Source: a virus
Lineage: Duplodnaviria; Caudoviricetes
IMG/VR virus record: IMGVR_UViG_3300012921_000063
Location: 1 to 44,567 of that record
DNA length: 44,567 nucleotides
Reading direction: 5' to 3' (one strand)
In this document: piece after piece, positions 33,992 through 43,840 of the stretch
How positions within the stretch are numbered: the stretch's first letter is position 1
Layout of the letters: each line of letters begins with the position of its first letter
Notes under the pieces: generated by a model
Told to the model about the DNA's origin: nothing
Seen by the model: the letters and a program-made list of their open reading frames with translations, nothing else
Databases searched by the model: none
Position numbers and translations under genes: made by a program

Positions 33992-34423
33992 ATGCGGCTG
34001 CCTGATTGGGATCGTCGCCTCGCCGCGGCGATCGAGAAGCATATCGCGCTGCCCGGCGCGTGGGGCGTGTCCGACTGCTGGATGCTCGACATGGACGCGA
34101 TCGAGGCGGTGACCGGCGCGCCGATCCTGCCCAAGCTGCGGCGCTACAGGACCGAGGCGGCCGGCTACAGGCTTTTCGCGAAGCACGGTTTCACCACGGT
34201 CGAGGAAGCGCTGGCATCGGTCCTTCCGACCGTAGGGCGCCTATCGGCTCAGCGGGGTGACGTCGGCGTCATCGAACGCGAGGGGCTGATGTCCTGCGGC
34301 GTCTTCGACGCCGGAGGCTTCGTGGTGAAGACGCTGTTCGGCGAAGGGACGCGCATCGATCGCGCCGAGGTGCGTCATTTCGAGGTCACGGCCGTGAAGA
34401 CCGCGTTCAAGGTCGGTCGGTAG
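33992..34423 (+). CDS. NlpC/P60-like tail-associated protein (DUF6950-like)
   Basis: RLPDWDRRL, WGVSDC, AQRGDVG. Confidence 0.72.
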   Translation: MRLPDWDRRLAAAIEKHIALPGAWGVSDCWMLDMDAIEAVTGAPILPKLRRYRTEAAGYRLFAKHGFTTVEEALASVLPTVGRLSAQRGDVGVIEREGLMSCGVFDAGGFVVKTLFGEGTRIDRAEVRHFEVTAVKTAFKVGR

Positions 34424-34426
34424 CAG

Positions 34427-36910
34427 ATGCCGATCTTTGGCATCTTCGCATCGATCGGCGGGACGCTTGCCGGCATTGCGACGTTCCTGACTGGTGGCTC
34501 GCTCGCTGCCACCGTGGTCAAGGTGGGTATCGGCATCGCGGCAGCAGTTGCGCAAAAGGCGCTCAGCAAAAAGAGCGCATCGCAGCCGGCTGAGCAGCCT
34601 ACGCCCCAAGCGTCGCAGATCGGGACCGTCTATGGCGAGACACAGCCGCGGACAGTGATCCTCGGCCGTGTCGGCACCGACGGGCACCACATCTACCGGA
34701 ATGCTTACCCGCCGGAGCAGGGCAACCGGATCGTGCAGGACGTCTATGTCCTGTCGCACTTCCGGATTCAGGGCGTCACCCGCGTTCGGATCGACGGTGC
34801 CTGGCGGACGCTCGGCGGCGAGGAAAGTCACGAAATCGGCTTCAAGGTGCAGGGCATCGAGGCCGATATCTGGGTCAAGGTGCATATCGGCACGATGGAT
34901 CAGGCCGCGGACAACGGCCTTGTCGCGCGTGCCAACCCTCCCGGCCGCTGGACGGCCGCCCACCGGGGGGCGGGGGTCGCCTATGCGATCGTCACCAGCT
35001 TCCTCACGCGCGACCACCTGCCGTCCCCGGCAGAGGTGTTTTTCGAGGTCGAGGGACCGCTGCTCTACGACTGGCGCAAGGACGACACTGCCGGAGGCGA
35101 CGGCGACGATCGCTGGAGCAGTCAGGCCACCTGGTCGGGCAATTTCGAGAACCCGATCCTGATGGCCTATGCGCTGGAGCGCGGGCTGTTCAACGGATCG
35201 CAATTGATGGTCGGGAAGCGGGTCGACGCCTCGCGCCTGCCGATCGCGCGGTGGACCCTCGGCGCGAATATCTGCGACGAGCTGGTCGGCGGCGCAGCGC
35301 GCTACAGAGCGTCGTGCATCGTCTCGTCCGGAGCAGGCGTGACGCACGACGCAAATCTTCAGCCGCTGCTCGAAGCCTGCGCCGCCTCGTGGGTGGAGAA
35401 GGTCGGCGAGGAATATCCGATCGTCGGCGCGGCTCAGTCCTCGGTCGCGACGATCACCGACGACGACATCATGCCGGGAGAGCCATACCGCTGTTCGAAG
35501 TTCCGGCCGACGGACCAGCTCGTCAACACGGTCGCCGGCTCGTACATGGAGCCCGAAAAGTTCTATGAGGCCGCGCCGCTCGCTACGCGCGTCGACGATA
35601 CCGCGCTTGCGGCGGACGGCGAGACGCTGGCCGTCTCGGTCGCCTATGGCGCGGTCATCTATCCGGCCAACGCCGACCGCCTCAACGACATTGCCTTGCG
35701 CGCATCGCGCTACCAGGCCAACGCCTCCATCTGCCTGCACCCGAGGTGCCTGGAGCGAAAGCCTGGCGAATGGATCACCTGGCAGTCGGCACGTAACAAC
35801 TGGACGAAGACGTTCCTCATCCTGTCGAAGCAGCTCGGCTCCCTCGGCAGCAAGGGCACGCGCAACGTCTATGTGACGCTTCAGGAGGTGTCGGCGGGGA
35901 TATTCGACCCGACCGCCTACGAGACGCTGCCGCCCGATGCCGTGGGGCAGGGCGCGCCGGACTATCAGACCGAGCTCGACAACTTCGTTCTCGCCCCGCG
36001 CATCCTACAATCGGACGGCAAGCAGTTCCCCTGCATCCGCGCATCGTGGGACCCGATCGACGACGCGACGGTCATCTTCGTCGATCTCGAGTATTGGCCG
36101 GTCGACGATCCGACGGCGAAGCTGCCGATCGTGCGCGTGCCGGACGATCAGACCGTGGTCGACCTGGCCAACGGCATCTTCTCGGACCGGACCTACGCGG
36201 CGCATTACCGACTGGTCACGGCAACGGGCGTGCGGCCATGGTCACCGACCTTTGAAATCACCACGCCCGACGCGGCCACCGCCGATATCCTGGTGACGCT
36301 TGCCAATTTGCAGGCTGACATCCGGAACGCGCTGGAGCGGATGGCGCGGCGGTACGATTTGGAGATCGTGCCGTTCCTCGAGGAGCTGGCGCGGTCGCAG
36401 GCGCTCGGCGAGGGGCGCAACAGGCAGGGGTTGTCCGCCGTCACGCGCACCGCCGACAAGTTCGCGGCTGCGTTTCTGGACTTCCAGGCGGTCGTGGACA
36501 GCGAACTCGGCGCGCTGGCGACGGCAATCGTGGGCGTGCAGGTCAACGTCGACAATCTGGCCGCGGGCGGGCGTATTTCGTTCCGGGCGCAGATTCCGCC
36601 GCCTGACGGCGTGCTCGCCTCGATCGAGGTCATGGTGCGCGTCACCGACGACGACGACTTCGTCGAAAGCGGGCTGCTCATCCAGGCGGTGGACGTCGGC
36701 GGCGGCAATATCGAGGGCGTTGTGGCCGTCCTGGCCGACAGGTTCATCGTGACGGACGGCACCGTCAACGGCACGCCGATCGTGTTCCAGAGCGGCCAGA
36801 TGACACTGGCCTCCATGCGGGCGCAGACGATCACCGCTGCCCGGTTGCAGAATGTCGCCGGCACCAGCTTCATCGACATGAGCACCGGCACGATCGACCT
36901 GACGTTCTGA
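34427..36910 (+). CDS. Tail tip / central fibre protein (gpJ-like)
   Basis: YGE..RTVILG, LYDWRKD, ENPILMAY, C-terminal LADRFIV. Confidence 0.85.
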   Translation: MPIFGIFASIGGTLAGIATFLTGGSLAATVVKVGIGIAAAVAQKALSKKSASQPAEQPTPQASQIGTVYGETQPRTVILGRVGTDGHHIYRNAYPPEQGNRIVQDVYVLSHFRIQGVTRVRIDGAWRTLGGEESHEIGFKVQGIEADIWVKVHIGTMDQAADNGLVARANPPGRWTAAHRGAGVAYAIVTSFLTRDHLPSPAEVFFEVEGPLLYDWRKDDTAGGDGDDRWSSQATWSGNFENPILMAYALERGLFNGSQLMVGKRVDASRLPIARWTLGANICDELVGGAARYRASCIVSSGAGVTHDANLQPLLEACAASWVEKVGEEYPIVGAAQSSVATITDDDIMPGEPYRCSKFRPTDQLVNTVAGSYMEPEKFYEAAPLATRVDDTALAADGETLAVSVAYGAVIYPANADRLNDIALRASRYQANASICLHPRCLERKPGEWITWQSARNNWTKTFLILSKQLGSLGSKGTRNVYVTLQEVSAGIFDPTAYETLPPDAVGQGAPDYQTELDNFVLAPRILQSDGKQFPCIRASWDPIDDATVIFVDLEYWPVDDPTAKLPIVRVPDDQTVVDLANGIFSDRTYAAHYRLVTATGVRPWSPTFEITTPDAATADILVTLANLQADIRNALERMARRYDLEIVPFLEELARSQALGEGRNRQGLSAVTRTADKFAAAFLDFQAVVDSELGALATAIVGVQVNVDNLAAGGRISFRAQIPPPDGVLASIEVMVRVTDDDDFVESGLLIQAVDVGGGNIEGVVAVLADRFIVTDGTVNGTPIVFQSGQMTLASMRAQTITAARLQNVAGTSFIDMSTGTIDLTF

Positions 36911-38289
36911 TGGCAAGCAGGCTCTATTTCGGCGCGTCGCCGGGCGGCCACGCGATGCGGGTGATGAAGGACGCGGCGCACGACCCGGCGTCGACGCCGC
37001 GCGCCGAATACGAGAAGTTCGCGTTCGACAGCGAAAGCGGCGATCTCGGCTACGCGCTCGGCATCAACGCCGACGCGGCAACGGTGTCCTACTATCCGAT
37101 GATTTCGAGCATGGCCCGCTTCGAAGCTGACTGGTGGGACATGCAAAGCGCCTTCCGCCACGCGCCCGGGGGCGAAGGCCTGTTCGTGCAGGCAACATCG
37201 CACCGCGGCTCCGTCACGCCGGCGAAAGTCGAGTCGGTTCAGAAGATGAGCACGTGGCGCCTGACCGAGCTGGCGCCGACGCCGGTCGAGACCCGGTACA
37301 TGCTCTGGCAGTTCCATTCGGAGAACAACGTCTCGGAATTTCCTACCGGCGTCGGCTCGCTGTCGCGGGTGTTCATCACCGGCTCGCAGATCAGGGTCCC
37401 GCGCCCGGGCTATGCTGTCACGGACAACAACCCGAACAACTTCATCCTGCGCGAGAACCTTCGGCCCGCCAAGGTGATCGCGGCAGGCCGGTTCTTCCTC
37501 GGCGCGTTCGCCACCAACACGATCACGCTGCCGAACAACGTACCGTCGACCTGCTTCGTCGGGGGCCAGTTCAGCCCGAACGGCTTCGACGTCCTGCTGC
37601 CGATGACGGTCGAAACAGGCTACGCAGGTTCCGACGTCGAGGAATATCGGTGCCAGTTCCGGTTTCTGAGCGCCAACCAGATACAGTTCCGGGAACGTGC
37701 CGGCCGGCCGATCCTGGTGACCTACTATGTGGTGGCGGAAGACACTGCCGGCACGACGTCCGGAAGCGGACCGGTGCTCACGCGGATCGGCGGCGGCCAT
37801 TTCCAGATACGCCGGCCTGGCGCGTCAACGTCGCCGAACTTTGCCGACATCCTGATCGACTCGCGCTGGCAGACGATGCCGATCATCGCCGCCGGCTTCG
37901 TGCCGAAGGCTGCGTTCTCTGGAGCGATCCCGACCGGCATCCTTGCCGGACAGCGCACGGCGACGGCGTCGTTCACGTCGCCCGGCTACATCCCGCTCGT
38001 GCTGGTCAACTGGTACCTGCCGATGGAGTTCGCCAACTTCGAAGGCGCCACGCAGTTCGTTATCGATGGCTCCTTCGGACCACCCGGTGGCTTCAGCGGC
38101 TTCAGCGGCTTCACCTGCTACACGAAAGTGCAGGCGGGGCTGCTCACCTTCGTCAACTACTTCGACAGACCGGTTTCCTACAGTGAGGGCGCCTTCCGGT
38201 TCTGGAGCGACCCTTACGGACCGCCGGGCACCGTCTGGGGCCTCTTCCAAGGCGTCCGATACGTCGTGCTGGGCGTCCCGCAAAGCTAG
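36910..38289 (+). CDS. Tail-associated beta-rich protein
   Basis: TGATG-coupled to the J-like gene; repeated FDS/IDS motifs. Confidence 0.65.
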   Translation: MASRLYFGASPGGHAMRVMKDAAHDPASTPRAEYEKFAFDSESGDLGYALGINADAATVSYYPMISSMARFEADWWDMQSAFRHAPGGEGLFVQATSHRGSVTPAKVESVQKMSTWRLTELAPTPVETRYMLWQFHSENNVSEFPTGVGSLSRVFITGSQIRVPRPGYAVTDNNPNNFILRENLRPAKVIAAGRFFLGAFATNTITLPNNVPSTCFVGGQFSPNGFDVLLPMTVETGYAGSDVEEYRCQFRFLSANQIQFRERAGRPILVTYYVVAEDTAGTTSGSGPVLTRIGGGHFQIRRPGASTSPNFADILIDSRWQTMPIIAAGFVPKAAFSGAIPTGILAGQRTATASFTSPGYIPLVLVNWYLPMEFANFEGATQFVIDGSFGPPGGFSGFSGFTCYTKVQAGLLTFVNYFDRPVSYSEGAFRFWSDPYGPPGTVWGLFQGVRYVVLGVPQS

Positions 38290-38300
38290 AGACCTGACAT

Positions 38301-39281
38301 ATGTTCAGCGAATACTATTCGGACGGCACCGTCACGGTGGCGAACGGCTCCGCAAGCGTGACCGGCACGGGCACTGCCTGGTCCCTGTTCGGCGTCGCAG
38401 GCGGCGTGCTCTTCGTTGGCGACAAGGCGTTCCCGATCGCCTCGGTCGAGAGCGACACGGCGCTGACGCTGCGTCGGCCGGCGACCGCCACGTTCACCGG
38501 CGTCGTGTACGACATTGGCCTGTTGCCGTCCGAGCAGGCCTCGAACCTGCGCATCGCGACGCTCTATTCGGAAATTCTCGCCCGCAACGTCGGCTTCGCC
38601 TTCGGCGCCGAGGCAGAGGGCAGCCTTGCCGGCCGCGTCGCCTTCGACGCCGAGGAAGAGGGTTTCCGCTACGCGGTCGTGGACGATCCGGAGAACCCGG
38701 TCTTCTACCGCAAGGCCAGCGATATCCTAGCCGATTGGAGCGGGCCGTTTCCATGGCGCGGCCCGGCCGGCGTGGGCGTGCCGGGCGCTCCCGGCGCGTC
38801 GGATGTCGTCGGAACGTCGACTTCTTCCGTCGCCATCGGGACCGGCGCCAAGACGTTCACGATCGTGCAGGCTGACCGCGGGTGGGGTGTCGGCGCCCGG
38901 CTGCGCATTTCCTCGGCCGCGAACGTCGAAAACTTCATGGAAGGCGAGATCACCTCCTATTCGGGGGCGACGCTGCAGGTCGCCGTCGACCTGACCAGCG
39001 GCGCCGGCACGCATGCCGATTGGATCATCAACGTCGCAGGCGTCTCGGGGCAGACGATCCTCTTTGGAACGACCCCGCCAAACGCCGGGCAGGGCAGCGA
39101 CGGCGACTTCTTCATTGACCGGGTGCTGTTCGACATCTACGGCCCCAAGACGGTCGGCGCCTGGGGCTCGCCCACGCCGATCGTCACCGCGGCATTCCTC
39201 ATGAACCTCGACGGCGGCAACGCCGCGAGCACCTATGGCGGGACGACGCCGATCGACGGCGGCGACGCGACCGCAAGCTGA
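38301..39281 (+). CDS. Tail fibre / adaptor protein
   Basis: YYSDGTVTVANGS..VTGTGTAW N-terminus; short GxY stretch; GSDGDFFID..IYGPK; terminal DGG motifs. Confidence 0.75.
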   Translation: MFSEYYSDGTVTVANGSASVTGTGTAWSLFGVAGGVLFVGDKAFPIASVESDTALTLRRPATATFTGVVYDIGLLPSEQASNLRIATLYSEILARNVGFAFGAEAEGSLAGRVAFDAEEEGFRYAVVDDPENPVFYRKASDILADWSGPFPWRGPAGVGVPGAPGASDVVGTSTSSVAIGTGAKTFTIVQADRGWGVGARLRISSAANVENFMEGEITSYSGATLQVAVDLTSGAGTHADWIINVAGVSGQTILFGTTPPNAGQGSDGDFFIDRVLFDIYGPKTVGAWGSPTPIVTAAFLMNLDGGNAASTYGGTTPIDGGDATAS

Positions 39282-39325
39282 TCTTTCTTCAACGCAAGAG
39301 GCACGCCCGAAAGGCGTGATCGACG

Positions 39326-40972
39326 ATGGCTGTTCAAATCCAGCTGCGGCGCGACACAGCGGCCGACTGGTCAAGCAACAACCCGGTGCTCGCGCTCGGC
39401 GAGATGGGGTTCGAGACCGACACGCTGCGCTACAAGCTCGGCGATGGGGTAACAGCGTGGAACAGCCTGACCTATGGGGTGTTCGACGGCTTCACGTCGG
39501 GCCGGCGCTATGCCTTTTCGACAACCACCACCGACAGCGATCCAGGCGCCGGCATCCTGCGTTTCAACCACGCGACGTTCGGGTCGATCACCCAGCTCTT
39601 TTTCGACAATACCGACGGTGCGGGAGGCACCGCAACGGCCTGGCTGGATGGACTGGACGACAGCAGCGATCCTGCGAACAAGGGCACGCTGTTCATCCAG
39701 AAGCTCAATGATCCTGACGTTTACCGCGAGTTCATCGTCACGGGCGCGGTCGTTGACGGCACCGGCTACCGCAAGGTGCCTGTCTCGCCGCGGACGCAGA
39801 ACGGCGCCCTGGCCAATGCCGACCTGGTCGTTGTCGTGTTTTATCGCACCGGGGCGGCCGGCAGCATTTCCGTGGCGGGCGCGAAGACGACGCTCGTCGA
39901 TGCCGACAAGGTCGTTATCCAGGATTCGGCAGATTCCGACGCCATCAAGACCCATACCTATGCGAACCTGAAGGCCGGGCTGGGGCCGGCGATCGCTGGC
40001 TACGGCGGCAAAGTGACCCCGGTTGACGCAGACGCGATCGTGATTGCGGACAGTGCCGTGTCGAACGCACCGAAGAAGACGACGATCGCTCAGCTCAAGA
40101 CGCTTCTGGCCGGCTTGTTTGTCCGGCACGACGCGGCGCAGGCGCTCGCGAATTCGGCGCAGGCGCAAGCGCAGGTCAACGTCGGCGCGCTGCTGGGCAT
40201 GACGGTCCCGAAAACCGGCGACTACACGATCCTGGCCACGGACAACGGCGTCCTGTTCCTGACGGATGCTTCCGGCGGCACGATCACCTTCACGCTGCCT
40301 TCCGCTGCCACCGTCGGCAACGGGTTCAAGGTCGGGGTGCTCAAGTCCGACACCACCAACAATCGCGTCATCATCACCGGCGCCTCAACGCTCTACACGC
40401 CGGGCGCCATGGTGATCCTGATGTCGAATGGATCGACCTGGGTGTCGATCGCCGACAAGGCGAGCGGTGTCATTCAGATCGGTCCCTTGGTGCCGCTGAG
40501 TAGTACGCCTGTGGTTACATGGACCAACCTGAGCGCCTTCCGAAGGCTGTGGTTGAGCGGCTTCGTTCTGCCGGCGACGGACGGTGTCAATGTCGAATGT
40601 CACTTCTCGACGAACAACGGATCGTCGTGGCTGACCACCGGGTCGGACTACTCCTATGCCTACATCGCGGGCAACGCATCCAGCCCACAGGCATTCTCCG
40701 GGTCGCGCAGTTCAGTCCTGCTCAATGTGTCGGGCATCGGCAACGTGTCCACCGAGGGCTGTTGCTTCGCGCTTGAGATCGAGGAGTGGAACCAGGCGCG
40801 GACGAGCTTCGTCAAAACGCACTCGTCCATGCTGAACGCGTCGGCGTCCAACTGGGTCACATTGATCTCGAACCGGAGCGAATGGGCATCGGCCATGAGC
40901 GCCCTTCGGGTCCAGTGCTCCTCCGGAAACATGGCTGGCGGTTCTCTTACCCTGCGCGGAGAATTGGGATGA
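39326..40972 (+). CDS. Receptor-binding protein with an Mtd/hyaluronidase-type N-terminal domain
   Basis: QIQLRRDTAADW...NPVLALGEMGFETDT..KLGDGVTAWNSL; two KTT.VDAD...DS repeats; ITFTLPSAATVGNG. Confidence 0.78.
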   Translation: MAVQIQLRRDTAADWSSNNPVLALGEMGFETDTLRYKLGDGVTAWNSLTYGVFDGFTSGRRYAFSTTTTDSDPGAGILRFNHATFGSITQLFFDNTDGAGGTATAWLDGLDDSSDPANKGTLFIQKLNDPDVYREFIVTGAVVDGTGYRKVPVSPRTQNGALANADLVVVVFYRTGAAGSISVAGAKTTLVDADKVVIQDSADSDAIKTHTYANLKAGLGPAIAGYGGKVTPVDADAIVIADSAVSNAPKKTTIAQLKTLLAGLFVRHDAAQALANSAQAQAQVNVGALLGMTVPKTGDYTILATDNGVLFLTDASGGTITFTLPSAATVGNGFKVGVLKSDTTNNRVIITGASTLYTPGAMVILMSNGSTWVSIADKASGVIQIGPLVPLSSTPVVTWTNLSAFRRLWLSGFVLPATDGVNVECHFSTNNGSSWLTTGSDYSYAYIAGNASSPQAFSGSRSSVLLNVSGIGNVSTEGCCFALEIEEWNQARTSFVKTHSSMLNASASNWVTLISNRSEWASAMSALRVQCSSGNMAGGSLTLRGELG

Positions 40973-41340
40973 CCTACACAACCGAAGTGGTGAACGGCGT
41001 CGAGGTCCCGCTGAGCGCCGAGCGCATCGCGGAGCTTGAGGCTCGCGATGCCGCCTGGGCCAACCGGATTCCGGAAGAGCGCGAATATACATTCGCCATC
41101 CAGCAGCACCTCGACGGTGCGGCTCAGGCGCGCGGCTACGACAGCGCGCTATCGATCTCGACATACGCCGGCAGCTCGATAGCGGGTTGGGCCGACGAAG
41201 CCGCGGCGTTCATCGCTTGGCGCGACAGTGTATGGGCCTACGCGCTGGCCGAGCTTGCCAAGGTGCAAAATCAGGAGCGCGCCGTTCCGACGGTCGAGGA
41301 CTTCCTGACTGAACTGCCGGCGATCAACTGGGCAGACTGA
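40969..41340 (+). CDS. Tail fibre assembly-like protein
   Basis: ATGA-coupled; IQQHLD..AQARGYD...EAAAFIAWRDSVW..LP. Confidence 0.7.
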   Translation: MTYTTEVVNGVEVPLSAERIAELEARDAAWANRIPEEREYTFAIQQHLDGAAQARGYDSALSISTYAGSSIAGWADEAAAFIAWRDSVWAYALAELAKVQNQERAVPTVEDFLTELPAINWAD

Positions 41341-41380
41341 CGGGCCTGCAAGCAAGCAATCCTCAAATCGGAGAGACGTT

Positions 41381-42550
41381 ATGGATCGCGCGAAGTTTTT
41401 CGCGGCGCTGCGCGCTGCGAAGCTGTTCGGCCGTACCCTGCCACAGGGCGCGGTCGACGGCACGGAGCATCTGCTCGCGGTGCAGGAGAAATACCTGCCC
41501 GGCATGCCGCTCGACGAGCTGGCTTACGACCTGGCCACCGCTTTCCACGAGACGGCCGCGACCATGCAGCCGATCAAGGAGCGGGGCCAGAAGAGCTATT
41601 TCGACAAATACGAGCCGGGGACGAAAATCGGCAAGGTCCTCGGCAACACGCAGAAGGGCGACGGGTACCGGTTCCGCGGCGAGGGTCACGTCCAGAACAC
41701 CGGCCGGCGCAACGCCGGTGTGGCGACCCGCCGGCTGAACGAACTGTTCGGCCTCGGCATCGACCTGGTCAAGAAGCCGGACCTGCGCGGCGATCCGCTG
41801 ATCTCGGCGCTATCGCTCTTCATAGGCAACCGCGAAGGCTGGTGGACCGGCAAGGCACTCGGCGCGTTCCTCGACGGCATCGACGAGGATGACGACGCCG
41901 ATCTGCGCGAGTTCATCAAGGCCCGCGCCGTCGTCAACGGCACCGACAAGGCGGAGAAGATCGGCCGCGAGGCGCTCGTCTTCGAGGCTGCGCTGAAGCT
42001 CGCCGGATATGTCGGTGCAAACACGGTGACCGCCGTGTCCGAGCAGCCGATGACCGACGAGGCGACGGTCGAGGTCGTGCAGCGGCGGCTGCTCGAGCTG
42101 GGCTACACCGAAGTCGGCGGCATCGACGGCAAGATCGGCAAGATGACCCGTGCGGCGCTGCTTGCCTTCCGCGACGACAACGGCCTGCCGCTCGTCGCGC
42201 AGATCGACCGGCAGCTGCTCGTCGCGCTCGACGCCGCCAAGCCGCGGGAACTGGCGCCGAAGCGCGAAGGCGCTTCGGCCGTGGAGGTGCGCGAGATCGT
42301 GCCGGAGGCGAAGACGGCCTGGTGGAACAAGATCCTCGGCCCGATCGTCTCGGTCTGGGGATTGGCTGCCGCCTCGCTGGGTGGAGCGCTCGAGTTCGTC
42401 GGTGTCGCCAAGGAGACGATCGAGCCGATCCGCGAGTATCTGCCGGCTGGCATGCTCGTCATCGCCGTCGTAGGCGTCGCCATCTTCCTCAATGCGCGCA
42501 AGGGCGAGGCGAAGTCGATCGAGGCGTTCCAGACGGGGGCGCGGCGCTGA
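41381..42550 (+). CDS. Endolysin: GH19-like domain, peptidoglycan-binding domain and C-terminal TM segments
   Basis: ATAFHET, GDGYRFRGEGHVQNTGRRN; VQRRLLELGY..IDGKIG..TRAAL..F; two hydrophobic stretches. Confidence 0.85.
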   Translation: MDRAKFFAALRAAKLFGRTLPQGAVDGTEHLLAVQEKYLPGMPLDELAYDLATAFHETAATMQPIKERGQKSYFDKYEPGTKIGKVLGNTQKGDGYRFRGEGHVQNTGRRNAGVATRRLNELFGLGIDLVKKPDLRGDPLISALSLFIGNREGWWTGKALGAFLDGIDEDDDADLREFIKARAVVNGTDKAEKIGREALVFEAALKLAGYVGANTVTAVSEQPMTDEATVEVVQRRLLELGYTEVGGIDGKIGKMTRAALLAFRDDNGLPLVAQIDRQLLVALDAAKPRELAPKREGASAVEVREIVPEAKTAWWNKILGPIVSVWGLAAASLGGALEFVGVAKETIEPIREYLPAGMLVIAVVGVAIFLNARKGEAKSIEAFQTGARR

Positions 42551-42813
42551 TGTTCGGCCTGTTCTCCCTCTCGATCGGCGACGTCGTGAAGATGGGCGCC
42601 ACGGCCGTGGTCGCCGGCGGCATCATGTACGGCGTCGGCCACTGGCGCGGCGACGGCGCCGGCTACGAACGCGCCCAGGCGGAAAACCGCCAGGCGGATT
42701 TCGACCAGCTCAAGGAAAGGATGGAGACCGATGACGAGATTGCTCACATGTCTGACGCTGATCTCTGCGCTCTGCTTGGCGGCGAGTGGCTGTCAGACGG
42801 GACGTGCCGGTGA
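42550..42813 (+). CDS. Rz-like inner-membrane spanin
   Basis: N-terminal TM, helical periplasmic part, two C-terminal Cys; overlaps a lipoprotein gene. Confidence 0.7.
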   Translation: MFGLFSLSIGDVVKMGATAVVAGGIMYGVGHWRGDGAGYERAQAENRQADFDQLKERMETDDEIAHMSDADLCALLGGEWLSDGTCR

Positions 42814-42946
42814 CGGCGCCGGCTACGCGAGGATGACGCCCGGCCCCGAAACCCGGCGCTTCATCATCGCCAACGACCGGCCCTTCGCCGAAGAGGTCGC
42901 CGCGCACAACAGGCAGTGCGCGAAGGATGCCGGCTGCCGGAAGTGA
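42731..42946 (+). CDS. Rz1-like outer-membrane lipoprotein spanin
   Basis: Lipobox AASG-C after a hydrophobic leader; overlaps the Rz-like 3' end in another frame. Confidence 0.7.
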   Translation: MTRLLTCLTLISALCLAASGCQTGRAGDGAGYARMTPGPETRRFIIANDRPFAEEVAAHNRQCAKDAGCRK

Positions 42947-42953
42947 CGGGAAG

Positions 42954-43301
42954 ATGCCCGCCGAACAGAACAACGTCGAGCGCACGCTCGGCATCCTCCT
43001 CGCCAAGATTGAGGGGATCGAGAAACGACTTGAGCGTGCGGATGTCAGCCGCGCCGGCATTCACCAGCGGCTCGACCAGCTCGTCATCCGAACCACGCAC
43101 CTCGAGGCCGACGTGTTCAGCACGAAGAGCAAGGTCGAGGCGATCGAAGATGTCACCGATGCCGTGGTGCAGCTGCGCGAGCGAGCGCTCGGCGCGGGCA
43201 CGCTCGGCCGCTGGCTGCTCTGGATCGGCGGCGGGGTGATCACGGCCGGCGGCTGGGCCGCCGCCATCTACACCTGGATCACCGGCCGGCCGCCGCCTTG
43301 A
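42954..43301 (+). CDS. Coiled-coil protein with a C-terminal TM segment (DUF1515-like, candidate holin/lysis protein)
   Basis: SRAGIHQRLD coiled coil; WLLWIGGGVITAGGWAAAIYTW. Confidence 0.65.
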   Translation: MPAEQNNVERTLGILLAKIEGIEKRLERADVSRAGIHQRLDQLVIRTTHLEADVFSTKSKVEAIEDVTDAVVQLRERALGAGTLGRWLLWIGGGVITAGGWAAAIYTWITGRPPP

Positions 43302-43342
43302 TCATGCTAGGCCTAGCGAACCCCGCCGAGTTGCGGGGAGCT

Positions 43343-43597
43343 TCATTTCTTCGCGGCCTGCTTCACGATCCGGCCGAGCTCGTAAGGCAGGCTCGGGCCT
43401 CCCTCCGCCGCGGCGAATTTGATGGCGGCAAACGCGGCGGCGTTCACATGGATCGGGCGAACGGGATTCGGCCCTTTCTCGATATCCTGATACGATCGGA
43501 ACGGCATGCCCATCGCGTCGGCCATCTCGCGCTGGGTGACGCCGAGAAGCTTGCGCAGCTCTGCAAGCGTAGTGGGGCCGAAAAGATCATCGAACAT
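43343..43597 (-). CDS. XRE-family HTH protein
   Basis: LAELRKLLGVTQREMADAMGMPFRSYQDIEKG. Confidence 0.85.
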   Translation of the reverse strand: MFDDLFGPTTLAELRKLLGVTQREMADAMGMPFRSYQDIEKGPNPVRPIHVNAAAFAAIKFAAAEGGPSLPYELGRIVKQAAKK

Positions 43598-43664
43598 TGA
43601 ACTTCAACCGTCTTTCCGCTATATCCGGGACCGGGTGAGGTTTGGACCCCCACCCGGCTCCGGG

Positions 43665-43733
43665 TTACCGGCTAAGGGAGAGTGTCAGTCTCCATTTGCC
43701 GATCCGGACTTGGAAGGTGACCTTGACGGTCAT
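43665..43733 (-). CDS. 22-aa micropeptide MTVKVTFQVRIGKWRLTLSLSR
   Basis: Strong AGGAGG RBS; alternating beta-hairpin pattern; upstream promoter. Confidence 0.7.
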   Translation of the reverse strand: MTVKVTFQVRIGKWRLTLSLSR

Positions 43734-43780
43734 GGGTTCCTCCTAGTCCGTTGTCGAAGCGTGATTGCTTCGACGCAATG

Positions 43781-43830
43781 ACTATCGCATAGGCACGTAA
43801 TACGTGCAAGAGAAAAGTACGTAATACGTG
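43781..43830 (-). promoter_or_regulatory. Sigma70-like promoter TTGCAC-N17-GATAGT overlapped by two (C/T)ACGTAATACGTG palindromic operators
   Basis: cacgtaatacgtg 43794-43806 and tacgtaatacgtg 43818-43830. Confidence 0.7.
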
Positions 43831-43840
43831 TAAGATTTTT

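Noticed and set aside
39326-41340. Diversity-generating retroelement
   Set aside because: Mtd-like N-terminus only; no reverse transcriptase, Avd or adenine-variant TR/VR pair seen
43298-43600. Fourth sense bridge ORF over the HTH gene
   Set aside because: In register and overlapping the upstream stop, but TTG start and no coupled downstream gene; probably a shadow ORF
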